The position numbers and the translations under genes are program-made. DNA of 64,000 bases from Naegleria gruberi (lineage: Eukaryota), in the NCBI GenBank assembly GCA_000004985.1, contig GG738848.1; one strand, 5' to 3'. The notes beneath the pieces were generated by a model. That model was given only the letters and a program-made list of their open reading frames with translations, had not been told where the DNA came from and ran no database searches. This document shows, in pieces, positions 8,681-18,423 of this stretch (positions are counted from its first letter, which is position 1; each line of letters begins with the position of its first letter).

Positions 8681-10171
8681 ATGAAAAGATCTCTAACAGA
8701 AGAAGTCACTTCCTCACCCACAACTTCCAAGCAAGCAAAATACAATCACGATGAAAAAATTGGAAAATACAAAAATGTTTTTTGCCCTGATGTGTTGAGT
8801 GTCATATTTTCATTCATTCCGGTCATGGATGAAACCTTACTTTCCATAAAATTAGTCTGCCATCTGTGGTATGATAGTTTGAAAGGAGAATTCAGACACA
8901 ATTTGATTCATTCGATTACTGATTATTTGCAAAGTCAATTTGAACTTGATGATGATAGAGAAACCATGACAAGATTGTTGGTTTTGGTAAAGCAGTGGTT
9001 GGGAGCAAGACAATACACAATTAATTTGTTGCAAGAAACTGGTGTGGAAATGGATAAATGTGTACAGAAATTATACAAGAAGAAGAGTTTTCCAAATATT
9101 CAAGTCTTGGCATATGATTCAATAGAGGAATATGAGGATTTTGTGGTGTTGCTTGTTCATTTAGACGCGGACGTTTATATGAAAATGACAATTCTTTACT
9201 CAACTGCTGAGGATTGTTTTACATATGTTGATGTTTTTGGAAATTATGATTGGAAAACTAAATTGAATATTGATCCTTCAATTAAGAGGAATACAGTATT
9301 CAAAATGAATCCTAGTGATGACATGTTTATTACATCTTATGAAATGAATAGAGAGTTTTTCACTTCGCTATGTGAATTACTGGAAATTACTGGAATATCA
9401 GAAAAAGACCTACTGTTCAATATCTTGTGGGGTCCAAGAACTGAATATAGAAGTGTTGAAGGAGGTGATATACCAATCAAAGATGTAGAATTTGAAAAGA
9501 ATGTTGAGATTTCAGACGAAAGAATGAACTATTTATATGAACGATTCAACTTGAAATTATTGAACGAGCCTGAGGTTATTAAAATGGCTTGGAGAAATGC
9601 CACAAAGGCATTTACATCTGTCATGGAGAAGAAACTAACTAGTAGAGAAACTATTCCAGAAATACTAGTCTCGAACGTTACAGGAAGTTTCTGTTCATTC
9701 GATTTGACAGCTAATCCCAGAAGATGTGTGGAATCAACATTTGATTTGCTATATAAGGGTCATGAATTTGAAGTTACCTTTTTCCTTGTTCAAAGCTTCT
9801 TCTATGGTCATGATTCTATGGATGAACCTCCAAGGTTTGAGTGCAAATCCAAAACGAATGGTTCCATCTTTGAGTTTATGTGCTATGTAGACGATTCTTA
9901 TCTTCATTTTGATGAAATGCCTTTTCATCAAATGGTGCCACCAGATATTCCAAAAACATACCACACCTTTAAGGAATACAAACCAGATCTACTCTGTATT
10001 TTTTCTCAGTGGTTAGAGTTGGTTCCTAGATATCATTTATTGAGTGGCAGTGCTACTCTATTTATTGAGGATGATAACTCTCTGAAATTCCTAATTGATC
10101 ACAATAATAATAGATGGCATCAAGGAGAAGTAGATAGGATTGAGGAAACTAAATGTGATGATGAGTATTAA
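8681..10171 (+). CDS. F-box-like protein
   Basis: The first ATG is at 8681 (MKRSLTEE); the ORF-track start at 8591 is a TTG. F-box-like N-terminus: FCPDVLSVIFSFIPVMDETLLSIKLVCHLWYDSL. The remainder is unrecognised. Confidence 0.55.
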   Translation: MKRSLTEEVTSSPTTSKQAKYNHDEKIGKYKNVFCPDVLSVIFSFIPVMDETLLSIKLVCHLWYDSLKGEFRHNLIHSITDYLQSQFELDDDRETMTRLLVLVKQWLGARQYTINLLQETGVEMDKCVQKLYKKKSFPNIQVLAYDSIEEYEDFVVLLVHLDADVYMKMTILYSTAEDCFTYVDVFGNYDWKTKLNIDPSIKRNTVFKMNPSDDMFITSYEMNREFFTSLCELLEITGISEKDLLFNILWGPRTEYRSVEGGDIPIKDVEFEKNVEISDERMNYLYERFNLKLLNEPEVIKMAWRNATKAFTSVMEKKLTSRETIPEILVSNVTGSFCSFDLTANPRRCVESTFDLLYKGHEFEVTFFLVQSFFYGHDSMDEPPRFECKSKTNGSIFEFMCYVDDSYLHFDEMPFHQMVPPDIPKTYHTFKEYKPDLLCIFSQWLELVPRYHLLSGSATLFIEDDNSLKFLIDHNNNRWHQGEVDRIEETKCDDEY

Positions 10172-10367
10172 CATTGATTCCCATTTCGAAAACAACTATG
10201 TACAACTATGTGAGTTTCTGTTTGGTTGAAAGAACCAGAATTGAGGAATAATTTGCTGTAAACGATTAACATTTGTGCGCGCAAGGATTAAATTACAAAT
10301 GCACATTTTTTTGACTTGATAAAATTGGCGCCAAAATAGCAAGTTCATTTTTCAAAATTGAAAAAAA

Positions 10368-11860
10368 ATGTTCCACTTGCTGGCAAATCTCGTCTTGTTG
10401 AATCGGATCATTCCCTCATTGATTTTCTTATCGGAATCAGTGTTGGGAATTTTAATCCCTCACCTCTATTATAAATATGTAAAGAAGGAAGAGTTGTCTA
10501 GGTTTTTCTATGCAGTGTTTATTATTCAGATCATATTTTCGAATGTTTATTGTAATTTTGTGGGGAATTTTCCAATATTTCCGTTTATTGTACATTGTTA
10601 TTTCAATTTGACTTGTATTGTGCATAATTGTGTGTTAATTCGTTGGCAAGAGTTGAAACCAAAGTGGTATTTGTACTTGATTAGTTTGCCTTCTGCTTGG
10701 TATTTGGGATATTCTGCTATTGGAACAGTTGTAGCAAGTCCAATTCTTATTATAACAACAAGTACATGGAGCGCAGGATTGCAAGATTATGTTCTTTCTT
10801 GGGCAAGGATGGATATTTTGGGATTGAATTTAATAGTATTGATTGTTTCAATTCATTCGTTTTATATTTCTTTGAAGAGTCCTACTTTTTGTAAGGAAGT
10901 TGTGCATTTGGATTTGACAGCCAATAGAGAGGATTGTGGCGATCAAGTTAAGGAGTTGGAATCAAAAATTGAGATACATCAAGATGAAAGCAAAATTTTA
11001 AGAGTTTTCCAATTGACTGGTAGGTTGATTTTTCAATGTAAAACTGAACTCAAACAATTCAGATGTACATTTGGGACCATTCATGTCCAAACAAAAACTC
11101 TTTACCTTATGTGAAAAAATTGCCAAGGATCCAAGAATTGATCTTGTACTGATTACTGGAGATATGGAAACGTGAGTATTTATTCTTTATTGGAATAATT
11201 AATTGTTTTTCATAGATTTGACTGTGCAGAAGATATGAATGGATTGAAGGAAGCTCTTACACCTCTAAAGGAAATTTCAAATAGAGTTGTGGCATGTTTG
11301 GGAAAGTATGTACATTTTATTCTTGATGAATGAATTAAAAAAACAAAATTAGTCACGATTATGAGGTTTATGAAAAGGTTAAGGAAGCATACAGAGAGAA
11401 TAACATTCCTTTACTGGAAGATGAGGAAATGCTTGTCACCATTCCTCGTTGGTCAAAACTATTGAACAAGACAGTTCAGGTTCAAGTGGTTGGTTCTCTC
11501 TTCTCTTACAATCACGATCAGGCAGCCAACATGACAGATGCTTTATTCAAAAAGTATCCAAGAAAGGCAGCCGATGTAAAGAGAATATTCCTCATTCACA
11601 ACCCAGCCATGTTATCTTGCATTCCTTTGGCTGATTCTTGTGATATTGTATTTTCTGGACATCTTCATGGAGGTCAGATCAGAGTGGGTTGGAAGAGAAG
11701 ATGGACAATTGTAAAGTTTGCTCAAAAATTGCTTAAATTACTGGGAAGAGAAAAGAGATTCTTCAGAGTGCCATTCCCAGATCAAGGCCTTTATGGAAGA
11801 GGTATGATACGGTTGTATAGTCATAGAGGAACTGGTCATTATGGTTTTCCATGTAAGTAG
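10368..11860 (+). CDS. Transmembrane metallophosphoesterase (TMPPE-like), 4 exons
   Basis: Exon 1 is 10368..11019: ATG, a multi-helix N-terminal membrane region, then ...ILRVFQLT. Intron 1 is 11020..11062 (GTAGGT...TTCAG, 43 nt). Exon 2 is 11063..11171 and restores the motif QLTDVHLGPF...LVLITGDMET. Intron 2 is 11172..11215 (GTGAGT...CATAG). Exon 3 is 11216..11305. Intron 3 is 11306..11352 (GTATGT...AATTAG). Exon 4 is 11353..11860 (HDYEVYEK...FSGHLHGGQIRV...GTGHYGF) and ends in TAG. The exon lengths sum to 1359 nt, which is 453 codons. Confidence 0.7.
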
Positions 11861-12378
11861 TGAGATTTGTGAAACTTGAAACATTGAATTTAATTAATCA
11901 GTGCGGATTGGAATTCCATCAGAACATTCTTTAATTCAATTATATTTTTAAAAACATTGGCTTTCATATTGCAATTGGAGAGATTTATGAAGAATGGGAT
12001 TTTGACAACGGTTTATTATCAAGTTATGACCTAGAATATTCAACTAATGGATTATTATTTAGTGTTCAAATAAGTGTAATTCAATAGGTATTCCTTCGCT
12101 TTTTGATTTAGTGTTGATTGGTTTTTTTCGAAAAAAGATCAGAAACGCAACAACACTGGACTTTAGCGAGTTCTATATACTCCAACACCTTATTTTGGAA
12201 TGCCTATATTAGTATCAAGTTAAACGCACAGTAATGTTCACAGATGGAACAAGGTTACGACCACCCAAATAGTGCCACACAACCACCACTTCTACAGTAT
12301 TGCTTGTTTAACAAGGGCGTTAAAAGTACACACAACATTGTCTTAGTAACTGTAGTGCATTAATTTGAAAGAAAAAAT

Positions 12379-13034
12379 ATGACCAGTACAAAAGCTAAAG
12401 CTTCCTTAATTATTCTCAGGTAGGTTTGTGAATTTTTCACATTTCAATTCACCACCAAGGTTCATAGCTCTATCGGAATTGTTTCAGCTGCCACATTCTT
12501 GTTCAATCTCGGAATGGGAATTTGGGGATGTAAGTTTTCATATTATTAAAATATACTTAAATTTTAATAACATCAGTTGTTGTCCAAAGTGAAATTAAAT
12601 CTGAGAAGAATGATGAAAAGTGCTCAGCCTCTCTTGTGTCTGATTTGATGCTCACCTATTCAATTCTATTGATTATTTCTGCTGTTGGTGCAGTTTGTCA
12701 TTTCCTTGCTGCCAGTACTGACCAATGCTTATTCCACTTGAGTGAATCTTCTACTCCAAACAAAGCAAAACCATGCTATTCCCTCTCACAGTGTTGCTTC
12801 TCTGTTATTGGAGTTGCTGCTATTGGAGTTTTGATTGCCATGACTGTCTATCTCTATAAGGATTCATGTAAGGATTTGAGAGGGACAATGTATCAACTTG
12901 CAAGTCCCTATGTGATTACTCAATATGTTGCATTTTTCATTTTCAATTTGTGTTCTGTCTGTATCATGTCATGCATTCAATGTTGTGGTATTTTTGGAGT
13001 TACAATGTCTGACAGTAGATTTGAAAAGGTTTAA
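12379..13034 (+). CDS. Small 4-TM membrane protein with paired Cys-Cys motifs (tetraspanin-like CCG at the C-terminus), 3 exons
   Basis: Exon 1 is 12379..12419 (ATG; MTSTKAKASLIIL). Intron 1 is 12420..12467 (GTAGGT...CATAG). Exon 2 is 12468..12529 (SSIGIVSAATFLFNLGMGIWG). Intron 2 is 12530..12576 (GTAAGT...ATCAG). Exon 3 is 12577..13034 and runs in frame into ORF 12636..13034 (LMLTYSILLIISAVGAV...SQCCFSVIG...SCIQCCGIFGV), ending in TAA. Confidence 0.55.
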
Positions 13035-13424
13035 TAAATTTCCAATACTCTAAAAACTCTGAGCAACATGAAATAGCTACATGTAACAAGTGAGCATAAG
13101 GGAATCCCAAGGTTCACATGCCAACATTAACATATCAACATGCACATGGTGATGAGTAATTGTGGTGAGTGGGGTTGATATGCGCCTTGCCAATGTGTCA
13201 TATACAAGATTTCTTGCGTGGTGCATTAGAAAATGGCTTCCAAAGTTTTTAAATTGGAGCTTAATGACTGTTTGAAATTCTTATTAATCTATTGCAGGTT
13301 TCAAGGACTAGAGTTTGAATTTGATGAGATTTGAATCATACTCATTCGTTATAAAGAGGAATATTGTTGTCAATTGTAATTTATTAAGAATATCGTTATT
13401 GTTACATAATCAGAAAGGTATTAT

Positions 13425-14885
13425 TTACAATCTTTCAGACCAAACACCACCAGAAAATTTAAAGCTGTCTCTTTGAACCTTTTTAGAAAAGTAAGTTCCA
13501 TAATCTTCTTCAGTTAATTCTTCACATTCACTGATTTTAGTGCACTCATTCAATAATGTTAAGGACATGAATGGAAGATCGTCCAAAAACAATGCTTCTA
13601 CTTCTTGATATTTATCAATTCTCCAATTTCCAGAGCTCTTCTTGTATGAAACTCTTGGATAACCAGCATCATAATCTTCACTTATATCACATTTCAAATA
13701 TTTGAAAGAATTATTTTCTCTCAAAACCAAATCGTACAATTCTGTATCATGATTGTATTTTGAATGCTCACCAACATCCAATGCTAATCTATAAGTACCA
13801 ACCAATTTACTTTCTGCGCCCAATTTTGAGAGAACCACGAATGCTTCTTGATCATTCAATAGAGCTGCCTCAATAACTTGTTCGTCGTGTCTCAATAACT
13901 TTGAAGCATATCTAATTGATTTACCAGTATGGGACACAGCTTTCATTACTACTTGCTTATCATCTCTCAACTCTTCACTTAACAATGACAAGTTATTACC
14001 GTCCTTCATTGCTGCCAATGCAATTTCTTTTTCCTTTCTTTGTTCGACAGGTAATAACCTGAACAAAGATGGCACAAGCTCCAACATCTTACCAATAAAG
14101 TCCACATTATTCTTTAAGGAATCATCGATAAATTGATACTTTTCACAGTCTCTACACAAAACTTGGGTTACAATTTCTTCATCAGCTGTGAAACTCTTAT
14201 CGACAAGATTAAACACATTATATCCAGAATAGTAAGTCAAATGAGCTTTCACAATATCTCTATCCATTTTCAAATATTCTGGAAAAGAGTAGCCACTACT
14301 CTTTTGAGTATGAATGATCTCTAAACATAATTCCTTCGATAAAATTCTTGGAGCTGTGTGGGCAAATAAATAGATATCTGAAGCAGCTGCTAACATTAAT
14401 AATTCATCATCCATTTTCAATCTTTCTGAAATAAATTGAAATTGTGATCCATCAGAAGAGAGAATTCTCTTTACAATTTCCTTATCATCCCTCAATTCAA
14501 GTGGAAAATGTTCAAGACTTGGACGAAGTGGAATTATTCCTTCTATAAATTCCTTATCTTCCCAAAGTTCCTTTGCTACCAAACGAAGCATGGAAATTCT
14601 CTTCTTACAAACAGCCAAAACAAATTCCTTATCATTCTTTCGTAAGGTGATCAATTTTTCTTCCGGACAATGCTTGGAGAGTGCAAGTAAGGCCAAATCA
14701 CGATCCCTCTCAAACACAACGGAAGGAATCTTATTAAAGATGTAACTTCCCATCACATTGAGGGCCATTCTAACAATATCGGCATCTTCCTTCAATTCAT
14801 CAGAAATGTTGGAAAAGACAGCATAGTTGGACTTTTGTATCGCTGCGAGAGCTGTTTCCTTATCCATTGTTGGTGTTGCTTGCAT
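13425..14885 (-). CDS. DUF4116-repeat protein
   Basis: The first ATG is at 14885 (MQATPTMDKE...). It carries repeated DUF4116-type helical units (EIALAAMKDGNNLSLLSEELRDDKQVVMKAVSHTGKSIRYASKLLRHDEQVIEAAL; LRKNDKEFVLAVCKKRISMLRLVAKELWEDKEFI). Confidence 0.7.
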   Translation of the reverse strand: MQATPTMDKETALAAIQKSNYAVFSNISDELKEDADIVRMALNVMGSYIFNKIPSVVFERDRDLALLALSKHCPEEKLITLRKNDKEFVLAVCKKRISMLRLVAKELWEDKEFIEGIIPLRPSLEHFPLELRDDKEIVKRILSSDGSQFQFISERLKMDDELLMLAAASDIYLFAHTAPRILSKELCLEIIHTQKSSGYSFPEYLKMDRDIVKAHLTYYSGYNVFNLVDKSFTADEEIVTQVLCRDCEKYQFIDDSLKNNVDFIGKMLELVPSLFRLLPVEQRKEKEIALAAMKDGNNLSLLSEELRDDKQVVMKAVSHTGKSIRYASKLLRHDEQVIEAALLNDQEAFVVLSKLGAESKLVGTYRLALDVGEHSKYNHDTELYDLVLRENNSFKYLKCDISEDYDAGYPRVSYKKSSGNWRIDKYQEVEALFLDDLPFMSLTLLNECTKISECEELTEEDYGTYFSKKVQRDSFKFSGGVWSERL

Positions 14886-15315
14886 TATGGTTGGGTGCAG
14901 TGGTGTTGTTGGATTTTTTTCTAGTTTAAATAAGGGTTGTTTGGAGTTGGAGTGTACTTGTGTACTTGTGATGTGCACAGCTGTGGTTTGCGCCCTTAGT
15001 AAAAGAGTTCTCTACCAAGAACCACAGTTAATTCTTGCTCTCTCTTTTTATTTCTATTCTTGGATAGATAAAGTTGGGATGATGTTGCGCTTGTGTAGAT
15101 TAATGAACACCATTTTCTTTCAATACCATCGTTCAAGAAAGACATTTCTAACTCAATTCTGAACTTTTAGGTCAGGTTATTCAGTTGTGGTGATGATTTG
15201 AATATCGGTCAATAATTCCCTCAGATATATGTTATACAGAGTTGTTGCCATCCTATTTATAATAGGAATTAAACAAGGAGAAATAAAAGGAGTGGTAATC
15301 TTATCAAATATTAGT

Positions 15316-15480
15316 TCAACAACTGATCTTACTTCCTCTTCTGAAGTTTCTGGTTGTAATTCTTTGAACAGATCGTAAAAATGTTGATTTAGCAGAATGG
15401 GACGATCCTAGTATTAGAATCTTGTTGAGAGTTGCATCATGATGTTGTCCTCGCTTGTAAATCGATTGGAATAAACCCAT
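15316..15480 (-). other. Short ORF resembling a G-alpha N-terminus with a degenerate P-loop; possible remnant or 5' exon
   Basis: ATG at 15480. MGLFQSIYKRGQHHDATLNKILILGSSHSAKSTFLRSVQRIT... has an N-myristoylation-type start (MGxxxS) and a G-alpha-like KLLLLGAGESGKST block with the glycines lost. It ends at RRGS directly before a GTAAGA. I could not find an in-frame downstream exon. Confidence 0.25.
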
Positions 15481-15600
15481 TTTTATGATTAATATTTTGA
15501 TTAGTAGGTGGTTTATCATAAACTTTAGTTCTACCTGGAAAATGCTATCATATTGAAAAATAGTTTAGAATATTGATTTTATAAGATCTATCTTGTTTTA

Positions 15601-16836
15601 TCAGAGTGTTGAAAGGAAAATATCAGACAACCTCTCTGAATTAATCATTGTCAAAAGTTTAGTTTGACTCTCGCTCAAATGATACAAATCATTGAAATGT
15701 TTACATTGAAACCTTTCATTTCCTACATTCAATTTGAATGTCAGAGTTGAGTTTCCATTAACTAGTCCACTCATTGCAATCATAAATTCATTAGAATTCG
15801 AAACTCTACAATTCGTCTTGTAATCTATAAATTGTCCATTCTTTGTAAAGTATACCATTCCACTTTTTGTTGAATTCAAATCCCAATAAACTCCAATCGT
15901 ATCTCCCTTCTTAATTTGTGGACCTCCAACTCTATACGAAGAGTTTCGTTGTGAGTTTCGTAATCTTTGGTCGTCCGTATGGAATGCAACACTCTCACAG
16001 AACCATCCAATATGATTTTGCAAGTCATTGTCAGCTTTACCAAATCCTAAACAAATGGTAGGATTCGAATTGTTTTCAGTTTCTAATAGTGTCACTTCAT
16101 AATAACAGGCATGATTCATTGCAGAGATTGGTAGGGAACTGTAGAGATGGAAATTTGAGGAGTCATTGTCTTGATTCTTCAGTGTGAACAAATTGCTGGA
16201 ATAGTTTGCATTCCCAATTAGTTGTGTTTCCAATAAAATCGATTGCATACATCGGACCATTGTCGACGATTCGTCCACAATATAAGTATTTACATGATGA
16301 GGATTGAGGCTTCCAAATTCTTTACTATTTAGCAAGGAAAAATTCCTCTTGGAAAATTGTTTTCTTTTTTTTAATACAAAACTAGTAATATCCCTGTTTG
16401 GTTGCATACTATTTATGGAAGAATGGTCAACCTTGTAGGTCCTCCACTGTGGAACCATTTCACTACTTGAAGAAACTTGTTGGTGTGTTGAATGATGATC
16501 AAATGTAGTTATCACATCTTCAATGGAGGAAACAAGTTGTAGATTATTTCTTGGTGAAGTTGATGATTGATTATTAGAAAGGTTTCCAATAGTATTTTCT
16601 ATGGATTGTGTTTTTAGTTGAGGCAGTTGCTGTTGCTGCTGCTGTTGTTTTGTACTGTCTGTCATGGATTCATTTAAGTTATTTTTGTCTCCACCAGCAA
16701 TCCAAAAGGCAAAGAGTGAGCTTACTATCGAGTTCATATTATTAGTGTGATGTTGTTTTTTTTGTTTCGAATAAGAGCTTGCCTCTTCGTTTTGTCTCTT
16801 GAAAAGGAAAAGACAGTCTTCATGTAGGAAATACAT
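15601..16836 (-). CDS. SPRY (B30.2) domain protein with an N-terminal poly-Gln/Ser region
   Basis: ATG at 16836; an alternative ATG at 16737 gives MNSIVSS. SPRY core: ...ACYYEVTLLETENNSNPTICLGFGKADN...IGWFCESVAFHTDDQRL...GDTIGVYWDLNSTKSGMVYFTKNGQFI. Contains a QQQQQQQ tract. Confidence 0.7.
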   Translation of the reverse strand: MYFLHEDCLFLFKRQNEEASSYSKQKKQHHTNNMNSIVSSLFAFWIAGGDKNNLNESMTDSTKQQQQQQQLPQLKTQSIENTIGNLSNNQSSTSPRNNLQLVSSIEDVITTFDHHSTHQQVSSSSEMVPQWRTYKVDHSSINSMQPNRDITSFVLKKRKQFSKRNFSLLNSKEFGSLNPHHVNTYIVDESSTMVRCMQSILLETQLIGNANYSSNLFTLKNQDNDSSNFHLYSSLPISAMNHACYYEVTLLETENNSNPTICLGFGKADNDLQNHIGWFCESVAFHTDDQRLRNSQRNSSYRVGGPQIKKGDTIGVYWDLNSTKSGMVYFTKNGQFIDYKTNCRVSNSNEFMIAMSGLVNGNSTLTFKLNVGNERFQCKHFNDLYHLSESQTKLLTMINSERLSDIFLSTL

Positions 16837-16923
16837 TTATTGGACGAATTGTAAACAGTGCGCTCAAACAAGACTAAAAATACACAAACAGAAGTAAACA
16901 TTACATTTGGAAAGCACATTAAT

Positions 16924-18195
16924 TTAATGATTATTTTCTGTAGATGATGGAGCAATGGTCGAAATAGTTTCCTTCTCATTCAGTCCGACATGGAGTTCTG
17001 TAGAATCACGATTGTTATTCGAATCAACTACAGTTGCAGCATTTTGTAACTTTTCCACCTTATCCTTATATTGCTTTCTGTGTGAATAGTAAATAATTTG
17101 ACAGAAAATAAAAGTATCCAAGCAAACATTCAAATGAGTTTCGGCTAACCAAGGTAATCTAGTTAATAAATATTCACCATCACTAGAAAAAAGCCAAATT
17201 GAAATAAGGTAGAATAAATTACCAAAGATTGCCAAAATGAAAAAGACCTTTGAGAGACCTTCTGTGGATTGTCTCTTAAAGTTTTTGTAAATTTGAGGCC
17301 ACCTAGAGAACATGTACATGACTGAACAAATGCAACCAATAATGAAACCAACCATGGAAATGGTAGTGTTTGGAGGAAAGACAAAATCATTATGTTTTGG
17401 AACACCTTCTTGACCCTTAACAATCATCATGTGTTCTGGTTTGAGTGATTGTAATTTTCTACCAGTATTTTGATGAACAATTTGATTGTTGAGCTCATTT
17501 CTATTGGAAAGAACAAGGAATGAAATAACAAATATAACACTTGCCAGAATGGTAATGGTTGCAACTTTCAGCTTGGACTTGCTTTGACTATTGGGTAATA
17601 GGGAAACTTGATGAGAGGCATGTGAATCCTCATGATGTTGTTCATCATCGGAAAATATGATATGTTCCTCATCAGCAGCAGCATGGGTATCATTCAATTC
17701 AATAGTATTCACAAGATTTTCATCCTTCTTCTTCTTTGAAAACCACTTCTTCCAAAATCCCATATGCAACAGTGAGTAAAAGATGTATTGTCCAATAATT
17801 ACAACATCAACCATGACAAAATAAGTAGCCACAAATATCTGTGTCATTAATTGTCCAGACAATATACAAGCAATCATATTACAAGTATCTCCTATCGTTG
17901 ATGGTATCAAAAATCCAATAGAAAGCGAACTGGCATCCTTGTTTTTAAAATTGGCTATTATTTGTGGTAAAAGTGCTAAAATCCAACAAAATAACGATAA
18001 CATTCCAATGTAGAATGAAGCCTGTTCACGAGCACTATGTACACACTCTCCAAAAACAATGTAAATCCACTTGATGTATTGTATTCCTTCGGGATCAAAT
18101 TCTAAACATGATGCTGTTTCATTCAGCACGGATGATGAATTTTCGGCTATTGTTTGTTGGAGCCATGTTAGTATTGGTTCTTCAAGATGATTCAT
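16924..18195 (-). CDS. PQ-loop repeat transporter (PQLC2/Ypq-like lysosomal/vacuolar cationic amino-acid exporter family)
   Basis: ATG at 18195. There are two PQ-loop motifs (LLPQIIANFKNKDASSLS and SRWPQIYKNFKRQSTEGLS), each inside a 3-helix bundle, with a cytosolic His-rich loop between them. Confidence 0.85.
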   Translation of the reverse strand: MNHLEEPILTWLQQTIAENSSSVLNETASCLEFDPEGIQYIKWIYIVFGECVHSAREQASFYIGMLSLFCWILALLPQIIANFKNKDASSLSIGFLIPSTIGDTCNMIACILSGQLMTQIFVATYFVMVDVVIIGQYIFYSLLHMGFWKKWFSKKKKDENLVNTIELNDTHAAADEEHIIFSDDEQHHEDSHASHQVSLLPNSQSKSKLKVATITILASVIFVISFLVLSNRNELNNQIVHQNTGRKLQSLKPEHMMIVKGQEGVPKHNDFVFPPNTTISMVGFIIGCICSVMYMFSRWPQIYKNFKRQSTEGLSKVFFILAIFGNLFYLISIWLFSSDGEYLLTRLPWLAETHLNVCLDTFIFCQIIYYSHRKQYKDKVEKLQNAATVVDSNNNRDSTELHVGLNEKETISTIAPSSTENNH

Positions 18196-18423
18196 TTCTT
18201 TTCAGCTACTATTAATGAAAATTTTGGGTATTGAAAATATCAGCAAATGCTCAAAGATATTTTTTTTAAAGAATTTAATGAATTGTCTCATTTTGGAAAG
18301 GTAAAAAATCAATACGGGAATTGTTGAGAGGACCTTTTTTGGAGAATGGGTTTATTTTCGTTAGCCAATTGCTTTTTTGTTAATAATTAAATAGATTTTA
18401 TATACAGATAAAAATGATTGGAT

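Noticed and set aside
10697-10894. ORF 10697..10894, and 11449..11634, inside the TMPPE-like gene
   Set aside because: They are out-of-frame overlaps of a well-supported coding exon.
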